Origin: Chlorokybus atmophyticus
Taxonomy: Eukaryota; Plantae; Mesostigma and Chlorokybus algae
DNA length: 64,000 bases
Direction of reading: 5' to 3'
NCBI GenBank assembly: GCA_009103225.1
Contig: RHPI01000017.1
Span: forward strand, 1 to 64,000
The notes beneath the pieces are model-generated. The model was given only the letters and a program-made list of their open reading frames with translations, did not search any database and was not told the DNA's origin. How positions within the stretch are numbered: the stretch's first letter is position 1; the number at the start of each line of letters is the position of its first letter. Positions 21,424 to 39,073 of the stretch are shown piece by piece. A program made the translations under genes and the position numbers.

Positions 21424-23409
21424 GGTGTGACAAATCTACATTGCTGGAGAGAGGTGTAGTGTACGCATACAGCAATGACAAGTATACACATGCAATGGCT
21501 GTGCGTCGCTTTCGAGACAGACCCTTTAGGTCCAGGGTTGCGCCCCATTTTCACAGAGAAACATGGTCGTGGGTGAGGCTCGTTCTTAGCCATGCATATG
21601 TGTTTTAATTTGTTTAAATATATTGCTGGTGCTGGTGGTTTCGACTGCTCATGCTACTGACTGTGATCATTTTTATTTCCATTTTGCCGTTTCGGTAGGG
21701 TATCCTTTGCACTGACAGGAATTGGCAGTCAGTGCCAAGGGCAATTCCTGTAAAAGCAGACATGAATTTCTATTAGAGCAAAGTCAATTCCAACCATGCA
21801 TGCCCACATGTATGGTTGGAATTGACTCCTCTCAGAAGTTAATTCAGGAAAAAAACAATACAATGGTCCGAGGGCCGAAAGTACAAGGCATGTTGCAGAG
21901 CTCTAACTGGCGGAGAGTAGGAGAGCAATAAAGTGGACAAAGTGGCTGAGAAGATGGAATGATGTAATGAAAAGCAGGAATCAGTGGGCCAACAGTGAAT
22001 GGAGTGAGGAAAGCTTGCAAAAACCTGTTGAGATGAAATAGAAGCAAGCAGCAACATGCACGCGCGTATAACCACAACGCATGAACATGGCTCCAGGACA
22101 CAAACCACAAAACAGCTGAGCAGCAAGCAGCAACACACGCGCTGTCACGCTTTTAGGGCAGGGCGTCTCGCTACTAAGTACTTACTGTAAGTCATGCTGT
22201 TATAAAATTCCGCTGCATGTGTGGTGCTCGTGAGTTGTACATGGGCTCATGCACAGCATTCCTTTGAGCCCATGCGACCTCGGGCATGATAAACTACACA
22301 AGGCATGAGTGAGCTAGCACAGAGCTGCGCAGTGCTGCAGCTGATGTTATAGCTTAGCAATGTCACATTTATGTGGCATAAGTCACCCGGTGCTGCCATG
22401 CAGCAGACATGAGATAAGGGATAAGATTGCCTTATCTCCTTGCTTGGTCAATACAATTGTGAAGGCACGGGGCCTTAGCATTGGTTGTGCCAGGTCGGGG
22501 GGCTGCAAAGGGGAGTACACCCTGTGACAGGGGCGTTATCAACAGTGTGTTGAACAACGGAGCCGGAGGGTGTTACTTTAATTTATGGGTGCCTATCCTG
22601 GTTGTTAAAGGGGCCCTCCCCCATCCCGTGTGGGGTTGTGTGCAGCTTTGGAAAGTGCTGCTGTATCGTCTTGAAGTCTGTTACACCTGTGCAGGTAAGT
22701 GTGTGACAGGCGTTACACTGATATCGGCGCGTGATTTGCTCACTGGTTGTGCACCCTTCAGCTGCTCACTAGCACGTGCTGCATGTTTATTACTGTTCAG
22801 TTCAGTGCATACACGTGCATATGCACGAGCATTGCTATTGATACACGGTGTTGCATTGCAGAGAGTTGTGCATGCATGCACGCACCTATGATGTAGTGTG
22901 ACACACCACATCACATGATACACAAAGTTTACAACTGTACATAATGTGTTTTGGTCAAAAACACAACTCGTGAGATGTAAACACCTAAAACTGCTGGCGC
23001 AAATTGGCTCAACACGTATCAAGCCTGACATTGAACCTGGCGCCGGACAATTCGGATTGCACGGCTTATGTTTGGCCTGCTGCTTGGCGGTATTGTTGGT
23101 GTTGTGGACGGCGGCATTGCCGGCGGCGGGGGCGGCAGCTGTGGTCTGCCATGGCTTCGGGTGTGAGTCAGCTGGCGTAGACGCCTGTCACGGTAAGCGT
23201 CGCACTGACTTCCTATGCGAAGCGGCGCCACACCCAAGCAGGAGCTGCCCAAGCTGGAGGCTTGGCAGGATCTCGGGCGGGGCTTAGGGTTTCAGCGCCA
23301 CTGCTCAGTCCCTCTCCTGCAAGCAGGAGCTGGTGGTACGTAAATGTGTGTCGTGCTTAATGCCATTGCTGTTGTTTTCGTTGTGGGTGTTTAGTGTTGC
23401 TGTTACTTA

Positions 23410-26290
23410 TTTACAATGTTGTTGTTACTGTTGCTGCGCCGCAGTGGCTGCCGCGATGTCGCAAATGCGGGAAAACGCCACTTGACGGCAGCATTAGGTG
23501 TGAGGCGCAGGCCACCACATCAGAAGCTTCACCTTCCCCGCAGGTGAATCAGCCACGTACAGCTTGGCAGGATGTTGCCATGCATGCTCAACTGACCACT
23601 TAGAGTCTAAACACGGGCAAAAAAGTCTTTGGGAGTTGTTGGAAGAAAGGTCTATATTATGCGTTTAGCATATGGTTTGCATGCATGGTTGAAATTAGGC
23701 CCATTGTGCTAACTTTGCTCCAGCGTAGAAGATATAGTGCATTGGCAGTTAGCTTGCTAAACTCAATGCGAGTGTACGCGTGCGCATGCTTAACAGGCGC
23801 CCCGCCAATGTCTACCAATAACGCGCCTCAGCGAGAGGACATTCGCGCATTGCCAATTGCAGGAAGTACCATCTCTACACGGGGACGCAGCAAAGACCGC
23901 CACAAGTTTGAGGTATTAGTTGCAGTATCGCGATCTACCTGCATTGTTCTTGCTTGCTGGTTTCTTGGAACTCCCAAGCACAATACAGAGCGGGCCTCAT
24001 CCTTGCAGATTGAGTACATTTTAAGAGGGGAACCATAGATAACGAGAATGTCATTAGAGGCGCAAATGGCACTGGCACTGGTTGATTGTTGTACTAGATG
24101 GGATGTTTGCACAAGGGTTCTTCCAGCGACTTGAGGTACCGTCATTGCTATCTCTTGTTGATATCGCTGCCATGCTTAGCAAGGCAAAAAGTCAATTTTG
24201 CGACATGCAGGACACAGTGGGGTTTGGTTCAATCAACTACATCATACTGGGGCACTATAGCCCAAAGCGCGCTGAAACTCGGAAGTTTGTTGGCGGACAC
24301 TCTGCCTGGTCCAGGTGTGTCTGCTGTGGTCATGGTACGTAACTGAACATGACGTTCAGTCATGTGTGTTCAGGCGTTCAAAGTTAACCGCATTGTGTCA
24401 TGCGTGCCATTGCAGTGGATGTGCGATGCAGTAATGTTGCAGCAAAGTTGGTTCGCGATACGCTTCCTGCCGGCTGGTCGAGAGCAAGTATAAGATGACA
24501 ATTGTGAAGGGCAACCCTCAGATGCGCTTGACCCTGGAGGAGGTCAGTCGCTCGTGACCCGTGCAAGCATGAGAATCAATAGGAGCTGACTTGCATTGAC
24601 TTGACCAGGCCATGAGCTAAGGTTCATGTTGACGCCAACACCGCGCTGGCTGGAGGGAATGGTCACGTACGATCCACGGACAGGCATTCTGTACACGCAC
24701 AAGCTGTTCTCTGCGCACGTGTGCCCTGAGGAGAGTGATGACGAGGGCTTGGGGTGGGGACACTTACGGCGAGGACTGGCGCTATTTTTACGACTGCATG
24801 CTGGCGCCGACAGCTGTCCATGCAGCTGTGGCGTTGGAAAAGCTCGCTCTGAAAGTGGACCCGCCTTCTCACATGGAGCTGCGTGGCATCAATCTTATTG
24901 TCGCGGATGCAAAGTTTTTGTGGTCTGTGGTGGCAAAGTTGCTGCCCAGAGCTCAGAGCGCACCTCAGAACAAGCCTGCAGTGCTGGTGTCAAGGGGTGA
25001 ATATGATACTGTCGTGAGCGTGCTGGCCATGTTGCACGAACTAGTCATTCGCTCAGCCGTGACAGAGCTGTTGCGCGCGTATGGCCAATGGACAGCAGCT
25101 CAGACCGCTGCCGCAAACGATGCGATGGTTGCCGTCATTCATGCCTCGGTTAATGGCAACACGTCCGCGTTGGCGCAAGCCATCAACCGCGGTTCCGTCA
25201 AGGCCGGCGTGGGCGTGCAGACCCTCAACTGCAAGGTGAGCACGTCTTCAGAGGTCGCGGCAGTGGTGGCACGCAGTGAAGGGTTTGTCTTCAGCAGCCC
25301 GACGCTCGGCGGCCACATGCCCACCCCTGTTCAGAAAGCACTCGGAGCTATCCTTAAGGACGAGTCTGCGTGCAAAACCATGCGGCGTGTTCGGCAGCGT
25401 TGGTTGGAGTGGTGAAGCTGTTGAGCTGCAGTCGCGGTTGAAAGACGCCGGCTTTGGGTTCGCGTTTGACCCCATCCGCGTCAAGTTCAAGCCCGGAGCA
25501 GTCTCTACAGCTCCGCGAAGAAAGCGGGACGGACTTGGCCCAGGCGATCTTGAAAGCGAAGAAGAAGGGAAGCGCGCCCAAGTACACGGCTGCCATGGAC
25601 ACAGAACAGGCTGTTGGACGCAATGTGGGCGCGCTGTGCGTGTTGACTGCGCGCGTTGCAGATGCCGGCATGTTGACTTCGTGGGTCTCACAGGTATCTA
25701 TCTGAAAGGTTGCACAATCGAACAATGCACAGACACTACATCCGTGCAGAGGTGTTTGGCATATCAATGGTTGTCAACTCCCTTGCAGGCATCGTTTCAG
25801 CCGCCAGGCTTGACGATGGCTGTTGCAAAAGACCGTGTTGTGGAGAACCTGGTGCAGCCCGGCGCAAGTTTTGTGTTGAGAGGGCAGGACTAAAGAGGTC
25901 ATGCTGAAGCCATTCAAGCCTGCACAGGATCGCTTTGAAGGACTTGAAGTGCAGCGGTCGGAGAAGAGCGGTGCTGTCATTATACCCACGGCAGTAAGTG
26001 CTATGGTTGTCTGCATGTTGGACGTGTTTAGCTTTTGGGAACACGCGTGTGTGTTGAACACGCGAGCATTACAGGTGTCCTTCTTGGAGTGCCCAGTGCA
26101 ACAGCGTATGGAGACAGGGGACCACTGCGTGATATATGCAACAGTTGATTCTGGCAGATTGCTGGTAAGTGGTCAAGCCATATGCACAATGCGCACACAT
26201 CTTACATGTTGTAGCTTAACTTGCTGTTCGCTGCAGGATGATAAGGCCTTGACAGCTGTGCACTACAGGAGATTAGGGTCGACTTACTAG
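23410..26290 (+). pseudogene. FLVA: Class C flavodiiron protein (FLVA/Flv1 type) unprocessed pseudogene
   Basis: Metallo-beta-lactamase-like part (DIRALPIA..RHKFE/IEY, PRW..TYDPRTGILYTHKLFSAHVC, DWRYFYDCML), flavodoxin part (SSPTLGGHMPTPVQKALG, GVFGSVGWSGEA) and flavin reductase part (SWVSQ, PPGLTMAVAKDR, GDHCVIYATV, TAVHYRRLGSTY*). At least five frameshifts lie within exons. Confidence 0.85.
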
Positions 26291-27407
26291 TTACATTAAT
26301 TGGATCTCTGTACAGAGCATGTAACGTTTAACAGGCACCTGGTGATGTCGCAAACATTCTACTGATATCCGCTGGCAATGCTATAGAGCAGGTTGTAAAC
26401 TGCTTGTACTGTATCCACCTGGCGTGGCCTACACAACAGTATCTTGCTGGCATCTAGGCCTCTGTCAGAACTGAATGAAACTGTATACACAGAGCAAGAG
26501 GCTGAACACCTTAGTTGCATTGCCACGCTTGTCCGCACATAGGGCTTGCAGTTCTACCTGCGTTGAAATCCGGCTGTCTGTGTAGTGAACTACGACGCAA
26601 CTGCACTACTAGTGGTACAGTTTGCTGTGCACAATTGGTGCAGGCTAGCAATGCAACATGTACGAGGCTTGCTAGTTGGCCTAGCTAGACCGCTTTGTTG
26701 CATGCATAGAGAGGTGTTGTTTCTGCTTGTCGTCCTGCGCAGTGTCGCTGGCAAGATTGCAGCCCAGAATGCTGCGCGTGCGGGAGGTTGGGGGATGGGA
26801 GGTTGCACCCGAAGTGCTTGGTTGTGTCGTGAGATGTCGATATACTATTGTACATCATTGAAGGAGTGTTGTGTACAGAAGGGGTAAGGCTGGTAAGTGT
26901 ACATCAAATGCAGGACATGCATGCGCATGCACAACGTGTAGTTCAGTCAGCACGCAGCAACACATGCAAGGTGTCGTACAAATGACAATTAGTTGACCAC
27001 CGGGCTACTACTAGCACGCTAATCTACTGCCTCTACCCCGTTAGACATGTGTGTCCACGTGTACGTTCTTGCATGTGTTGTTCTTGTGATTGACTGCTGC
27101 TGTCTGCACCGCAACAAGCAAGCACCCGCAGTCAGCAACCAGAAGGAAATCGCTACAATGTGGGCAGAGCTGCTCGGCACATTTGTTCATGACAATGTAA
27201 CAACATTGCTCTCCGCAGGCATGCGACCATTGGGCCACGAAAATAAATTGCCAAGTGCAATCTACCACTGCAGGCTGTGCCTGCTTGAAGATGGTGTGTG
27301 TGCTACACAAACACAACATTCACTAACCTATGCTACGCAACGGCAACCGCAACTGTCATGTCTACTGCTACTGCGACAAATCAATGGAGTGTAAACCAAA
27401 CACAACT

Positions 27408-28460
27408 TCAACATTGCAACCACTTGCTAAGCTTGTCAAAGTTCTCTAAGACTAAATACTCCTCAACATACACTTCTTTCATGGTTGGTACATCTTCCAG
27501 GAGCTTCAGAATGGTTCCAACTTCTCTCTCAAGGCGTTGCGCGTTTGGGGGTGTCCTCGTGTTGCGATTGTCAACAATTGCATCCGCCATCACCGCAAAC
27601 TGTTGCGGTGGCAAGTTGAACAGTTCTGCCAGCTCCTTTACTTTTGATCTTGCAGAAAGTGCAGAGCTTGCAGAGCTTGTAGACTCCAAGTACGATTGGA
27701 AACAATGACATGGACGGTAGTGGGCCTTTGTTCCTTGCTTGTCAGTCGAGGCTGGCTGAAACCTCTCCGACACCAAACGCAGCACCTGCGCTGCCAAGTT
27801 GCTCAATTGAAGCTGACCCAAAGGTTCTGCAAACTCTACCAGCTTCGTCTTCATGTTCTTGAACTGCCGTTGCAGCTCTCTGAGTTCCTGCCGCATCGCA
27901 CCGACTTCTGACAGCTGCGACTCCACTGTTGTCGTTGGCTTGATGATCAGCGAGGCTTTGGCAGTGGACAACTCTGCCTCGGTTTGGTCAGCTGGTAGAC
28001 TTGCAGGCTGATGTTGCCCGAGCTGCAGACATTCCACGGACTCGACAGCGATCTCGTGCTTGTTCTTCAAGCGCTTGACGACGTAGTCTGCAATGTTGGC
28101 GCCTACTTTTCGTTTGGCCACTTTGATGTTTTGCAGGGGCACATAACACTTGAGGCTGACCACAGCTTGCTTCTTGGTGCCTGTAGGCCTCTTGCTGCTG
28201 CCATAGTCTGCACTACTGTCTTCAGTTGTCTGAATACACGCAATGAGGCCTGTCACAATGTTTGCAAAATAGCATTGTTGTCTGCGACATAAGCAGCTCT
28301 TGTCAACGTGGTTGTGTGACAAATAGCACGCAAGCTGTGGCGTCCGTGGGCATTGCGCACACAAAACCAGAAAGCAGCTTGAATAGCAAAGTGTCAACGA
28401 CCTGTTTGCTTGAATCACTGTGGCAGCAGTCCTCTCTCCTCTTCTCTTCCATATCTGCCA
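27408..28460 (-). CDS. Uncharacterised protein; long open exon with a coiled-coil segment
   Basis: About 270 open codons after an AG acceptor near 28230, including AMRQELRELQRQFKNMKTKL. A possible upstream exon reads MADMEEKRRE. No family recognised. Confidence 0.45.
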   Translation of the reverse strand, partial: WQIWKRRGERTAATVIQANRSLTLCYSSCFLVLCAQCPRTPQLACYLSHNHVDKSCLCRRQQCYFANIVTGLIACIQTTEDSSADYGSSKRPTGTKKQAVVSLKCYVPLQNIKVAKRKVGANIADYVVKRLKNKHEIAVESVECLQLGQHQPASLPADQTEAELSTAKASLIIKPTTTVESQLSEVGAMRQELRELQRQFKNMKTKLVEFAEPLGQLQLSNLAAQVLRLVSERFQPASTDKQGTKAHYRPCHCFQSYLESTSSASSALSARSKVKELAELFNLPPQQFAVMADAIVDNRNTRTPPNAQRLEREVGTILKLLEDVPTMKEVYVEEYLVLENFDKLSKWLQC

Positions 28461-30585
28461 TGCCTTTCCAAGAAATCACAGCAAAAAACAAGAAGAGAAA
28501 AGCATTACACAGCAAGAGCAACCTCCACGCAAGCTTGGTGAATGCAGGAAGACTCCGTGCTAGCACATAGCACAACCAAACACGCTTGCGAATTTGCAAC
28601 AGGGGAGGCCTCCTCCGCAGCTGCTAAACAAGGACAGTCGCAAGGAAGGCCCAGCATACAACACCACACTCGGAAAGAACGCAACCCTAATCTCACACAA
28701 CAAACGCAGAGAAACGCAGCCGACCATCCCACGCATGCACACATCATAACACAAGCATGCAGTGCGCACTGCGGTGCCAGCCCGCTGATGGAAACAGCTG
28801 CCCGCTTGCCTGCGTGAAGAGCTGAGAGTCGCTGATGGAAACAGCCGCCCGCCTGCCAATTGAGAGCGACCCTTCAACTCTGGGCTGTGTGTGCCGGCCT
28901 ATCTACCTACCTATACTTCTGAACTTTTGAACCGTTTAACCAGTAGGCCTAGCGGCATTTGCGAAGACATCAACATGAAGAACAATAGGAAGGCTCACCA
29001 AGCTGAAAAGCGCCTAAGCCTTACCAACGCCGGGGCAGGCGCAGCTCTAAGCTTATGCTACCTCAACTGCAAGCTATATCTCTAGGAACAGCCCGTGGGC
29101 TCAAACCATTCTGCGTAACCATCACCTCAGATTGCTGCTCACTATGCTCCTGCCCCGCCGCCTCCGCCTCCGCCTCCGCCTCCGCCGTGGCGCCTTGCAG
29201 AAAATTAGCTCGTGTTGCGCATTTTCCACGCGTCACGCACGTTGCGATTCATCACGTGTCAACAGAGCGTGATGATTGTTGGAGCGTCACGTCACGTCAC
29301 GTCACGTCAGGCTGTGCCAGCATGGCGGGGCGGCGGCAGCGGTCTTGTGGGTGGTGTCGCCAGGCACCTCCTTGTCCGCTTCCAGCACAGCACAAGCAGT
29401 ACCAGCCAACTTTAGACGGCGCCTGCTGAAAGCGGCAGCGCTTTCAGCGACGCGCAGCCACAGCAGGGTGGCCACCAGGCTGGCTGCTCAGGCTGCTGCC
29501 CGTGAGGCGGGCGCTGTGCCTGCTCATAATGCCGCTCATCATCACAGCATGTAAGCATTTGTGTGATTACCTGTGCTGCAAAGTCAAGCGACAGCATCTA
29601 GGCAAAGCAGTAGCTATGTCGGGGAGGTTGTACTTGTTGGCGTTGTGCACGTACGCTGCAATTCAAACCAGTGAGCCCAGTGAAACTACATTGCTATGTT
29701 CTGGGGTGCAGAAGGGATGCGAACTACCAGTTTGTATTGTGGATGACTAGAGACTACTACCAGCCGGTGTATGATGCGCATGTCGTGGTGGCACACAGCG
29801 CCATATTCACATGTAATGCTTACCTAGTCTTGTCTCGTCTTGGCTTTTCTTGCCTTTGTCTTGTGTTGTGTCTTGTGTTTCTTAGTCTTGTCTTGTCTGT
29901 CTTACCCTCTTGTCCTGTCGTTAATCTTGTCTGCTATATTCAACAGGTTCTTTAGCAATGTTTTTTCCAACACAAAGTTTCTGATCCCACTAGCATGTGC
30001 ACGTTGTTGTGCGTACGGTGCGCAATGCTGCACAATCCAAGTAGTTATAAGCATTCAGATGCTTTGAGCGCCAGCCAGAAGGACTTCAATGGGAGCCGGC
30101 TATAAGCATGCTTGTTCACCGAGTATGCTGGCGTCCTATTCACAGGGTCCAGCTCGTCGAACGCCGTGTACAAGACGTTTCGGGATAGCTTCTTGACATC
30201 CGTGCCGCTGCTGCCAAGCTTGGTTCAACTTGAGTATGCTCGAGACCTCTTGTAGTGCGAAGGTCATTGTTATGAGGCTTGCATGCACACATTCCAATAT
30301 ATGCAATATGCCTATGCGCTGTACAAAAATCAAAAGTACCATTCTAAACATTCAACGTAAGCGTCTTTGTATATAGTGACCAATGCTGTATGCTGTGTCC
30401 ACAAAGCAAACCATGCAGATGCACACCTCCCAGTAAACTTGGCATGACCTACCTCCGCACAAAGTGATGCGTTCAACATCGTCATGCCTTTATTATAAGT
30501 GCAAGTACTGTGCAAACTGGTGACATGTTCATACAGGTGTACCAAGTGCAGCACTACTCTTGCTAACCATCCTGCTTGGACTGAA

Positions 30586-35015
<4,430 letters not shown>

Positions 35016-35911
35016 CGCACCACCACCACCGCCGCCGCCGACGCCGCCGCCTCAGGGCAACCAGTTAGGGTCATTTGAGTTTTAGGAGTTGGAGCCCTAA
35101 AGTGGGTGACCCCAACGTTAGGGCCCTAACTCAGCTGAGCCCTAACCCTGGCAATAGTCATATGAGTGCGATGGATGCTGACGTTGTGGGCGCCGGTGAT
35201 GGTGGGCGGCGGTGGGGATGGGCGTGGAGGCCGGGGCGAGGACGCCCAGCCCGGCCCGGTCCCGCTAGCACTTGCGGCGCTGCCGCAGCAAACTTCAACG
35301 CGACGGTGAGCACGAGCATGAGCATGAGCATGAGCACGAGCTATCGCAGCGTTTGTAAGCATTGCATGGGCTTTCATACTGTTACACTATCAGGATAAGC
35401 AGTGTTGTTGACAGTGTCGTCATAATCAGTGCAAAGCAAGTTGAGTGCTGTTGACGTTTCGTACTTGTCTTGCCCTGTTTGTCCTTTCTAAAGAGGTGTA
35501 TTTCGCTGGTCACGTGCAGTTGATATTGCCTTGACATACATACGTATCTGCACACCCATGCGTGCAACGGAGCGCTTGTGTGCACGCACGTGTGTGCGTG
35601 CATGTGCGCATGTGTGCCTGCCAACAACAACTGCATGCATATGTGCTTGCCTGCCCGGAACGCGGCCATCTCATTGTTACCGTTGCATGCTTGTGCTACA
35701 GCAGGTGTCACTTGGTCACAATGCGCGGCATGCTCTATGACAACTTCCCACCTAAGGCTGAATGCAACGTGTGCAAGCGCCCTCACCCGCTGCTACCGGC
35801 TACTGGCAGGGGCCGGACATGGGCATGGCTCAGGCAGGATGATGCCTGAAATAACGGGTTGGGGTCTTGGCGTGAACAATGCTATGGCCAACCCATGCAG
35901 TTGACGTCATA

Positions 35912-35956
35912 AACGGACTGATCGCAGGGCAGCCGCTGCCCTGCGATCAGTCCGTT
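35912..35956. repeat. Perfect 22-bp palindrome with 1-nt centre, followed by (CCG)n(CAG)n
   Basis: AACGGACTGATCGCAGGGCAGC-C-GCTGCCCTGCGATCAGTCCGTT. Confidence 0.95.
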
Positions 35957-38530
35957 CCGCCGCCGCCGCCGCCGCCGCCGCCGCAGCAGCAGCAGCCTGT
36001 ATCGCAGCAACAACAGCAGCCGCAGCTAACACTGCGTACAAGAAGGTGGGCCTTGAGTCTCTCATGTGGTTGCGTGCCTGCGTAAATGTGTGTGCACTCT
36101 CTCTTGCACGCGCCTGCATGTGCGTGCGTGTGTGCGTGCGTGTCCTCTGCAAGGTAAGGTTACAGGGCTTTGGCAGGCATAACAACTTAGGGGACTGTGC
36201 TGGAGCAGCTGATGGGCATATTTGACTTCGTGCGCAGCACAGTGACCTCGCTTCCAGAATCCGACATAAGGTTCATCTCTTAACTTCGTGCAAACTGGTG
36301 TCATTTGCAGTCACACTCCAGCAGCGTAGTAATCCAGCTGGTGTCATGTCAGGGTCATCTGCAGTGCTTCAAGACAGAGTGAGTGTTGAACACCAATGCT
36401 GCGGCACCGAAAGGAGCTCAAAAGCATGACTTGAGGAGCTGTTCTCGAAGCAGCTGCGCTGTGAGCTTGAGATCCCTGTCATGCGCTGCGCTTCCACGTG
36501 TGTGGGACATACTCGCGATGCTCGACCAGTCACCACAACACAGGTCACCAACCTAGAAGGAAGGCGAGAGTGCAGATGCCTGGGCGCCGCGGTGAGTGCA
36601 TGCGCGTGTGTGGGGGAGCACAGAAGCCCGAGTTGCTTCATGATGTGAAACGCATTTGGTGAAGCACACAGTAACTTCACTGCTGAGGCTAAGGGTGTTG
36701 AGCAACAAGTTCATCGACGTGGCCTGATTGCCCCCCATACACCTACATGCAGCGCAAGGTGTAAGTAAAGTCAGCATCACCATCAACCACGGACTGTGCA
36801 ACATCTAGCATAGCATTCTCTTTGCCAGCGCACGGCACACCCAAGTGTTGCCGCCACCAAACCTGCACAAGTAGCGAAAGTGTGCCTCGAAATAAATAGC
36901 CTTGACAAAGGGGAATGTAACCATCTACCACAAGGGCCATTCAAGCTTCCACACATTATATACACGTAAGTACAACAAGCATTTTGTTCCCAGGCCGTAA
37001 CGAGAGGTTTCCCACATGCACGGTGTCTGTGGAGACAAATACCACCACAGCTAGTGGAACAGAATGCGTGATCTGTTGTACCTTTCAAAGCTGTAAACTC
37101 AGCTGCTTATTTTCGCTATCCTCTGGGTTGTGCAACAGTCAGATCATGGATATCGGTGAAAAAACTTCAAGGGCACTATTCTTGAGAGTGGTTTCGTGCC
37201 TTGCCTCCCGAGCTAAGTATAAACTTGCAAACCACCCCGTGCACGCGTGTTTAAACTTCCAGATCTAAAATGCCCAAAATTACTAACAAGCTACTCAACT
37301 CGTCAACTCTAGCATTGGTTGTTCTCACAGGGTCATGTAAGTGCACATTGCACTATGCATGTTTGCGCACATGAAAACTTAATCAACACAAAAACAAACT
37401 GTTTTATTGCTAAAGGTCTGCAACACTTGCCTGCAGCAACAGCTTGAGCTGTGTGTAGGCATTGGGCGCAGAGTCCCTGCAATTAAGGCAAGAAGCTTCT
37501 CGAGTGAGAGTCCCTCCATTGCTAGCAATCAACACAGCTAGACCACAGTACAAGCAGCAGTTCAACTTTTAAACTTTAGCGATTGAGTTGAAAAGAATGG
37601 AAGTTGCTGGGCAGAGCATTAGCAGCTAACACATACTGCTGGTGTCTTACAAAACACCAACCAGCTAGCATCTGTTTGTGAAACCTTCTCGGGATGAGAT
37701 GTTGTGTTAGACCATAAAAGCCGCTGTGGCCATGGGAGAGTATGGTGTATGCCAGTGGGATAGGCCAATTCCAGTGACGCGCACACAAAAACTCACATGA
37801 AGAGATCATGCAGGTCACTTGGGGCGCTTAGTAGTGACTACGGCCTGAATACATATACCCACACACAAGAGGAACCCCACAACACGTTGTGCCTACCCCA
37901 ATTCGGAATATGGACCTTGTCGCATCACCGTAACTTTGACAATGTGCAAAACAAAACAACATGTGCATGCTGCGCATAGACGAGAATTACTACTATATTG
38001 ATATGTTACCTTCTAAGGCTCGCCGGGCAATCCACCTGCAAGTTTTGCTGTATCTCGCGCCAAAGGTACAGCAATACAAGCGCAGTTGCCGGTAAGTACT
38101 CCCACTTTAATGCGCGATCTACCACAACCCGCCACAAGCTATGCTGAGATGACGCCGCTTGCCCAAAACTTGTTCAGCATAATAGTTTGCTTTCTCATGG
38201 CATAGCTTGCGTCGCGTTATACATCTGCAACAGTATGTTGTAGTTTAGCCCTAAACACCACTAGGTATGCATCTGCAAGTATGCACGCTGTGGACAATGA
38301 GATTGACGACGCACAACATTCGAGCTATAACTCACTCTTGCACTCTGAGGTCGGCAGGTGACTGTGTCGGGAAACTTGCATATGAGACATCCTGGTGCAA
38401 CTCAATGGTAATTGAGACTGGCTCATTGTCGATGACCGCACTTTGCACTGCAATGCGCCTCGTCACTTGCATGTACGAGTGAAACCCATGCCTACTTGTG
38501 CGCGAGAAGAGACATCGAGGTGGAGGGGGG

Positions 38531-39073
38531 NNNNNNNNNNNNNNNNNNNNNNNNNNNNNNNNNNNNNNNNNNNNNNNNNNNNNNNNNNNNNNNNNNNNNN
38601 NNNNNNNNNNNNNNNNNNNNNNNNNNNNNNNNNNNNNNNNNNNNNNNNNNNNNNNNNNNNNNNNNNNNNNNNNNNNNNNNNNNNNNNNNNNNNNNNNNNN
38701 NNNNNNNNNNNNNNNNNNNNNNNNNNNNNNNNNNNNNNNNNNNNNNNNNNNNNNNNNNNNNNNNNNNNNNNNNNNNNNNNNNNNNNNNNNNNNNNNNNNN
38801 NNNNNNNNNNNNNNNNNNNNNNNNNNNNNNNNNNNNNNNNNNNNNNNNNNNNNNNNNNNNNNNNNNNNNNNNNNNNNNNNNNNNNNNNNNNNNNNNNNNN
38901 NNNNNNNNNNNNNNNNNNNNNNNNNNNNNNNNNNNNNNNNNNNNNNNNNNNNNNNNNNNNNNNNNNNNNNNNNNNNNNNNNNNNNNNNNNNNNNNNNNNN
39001 NNNNNNNNNNNNNNNNNNNNNNNNNNNNNNNNNNNNNNNNNNNNNNNNNNNNNNNNNNNNNNNNNNNNNNNNN
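38531..39073. other. Assembly gap (N run)
   Basis: Run of n flanked by G runs. Confidence 1.

Noticed and set aside
28781-28860. CTGATGGAAAC direct repeat as a hammerhead ribozyme
   Set aside because: It lacks CUGANGA followed by a stem II before GAAA; it is just a direct repeat of about 28 bp.
35160-35904. Small plus-strand gene divergent from NVL (possible two exons with CNVCKRPH)
   Set aside because: Splicing gives only a short product with no recognisable family; support is insufficient without transcripts.
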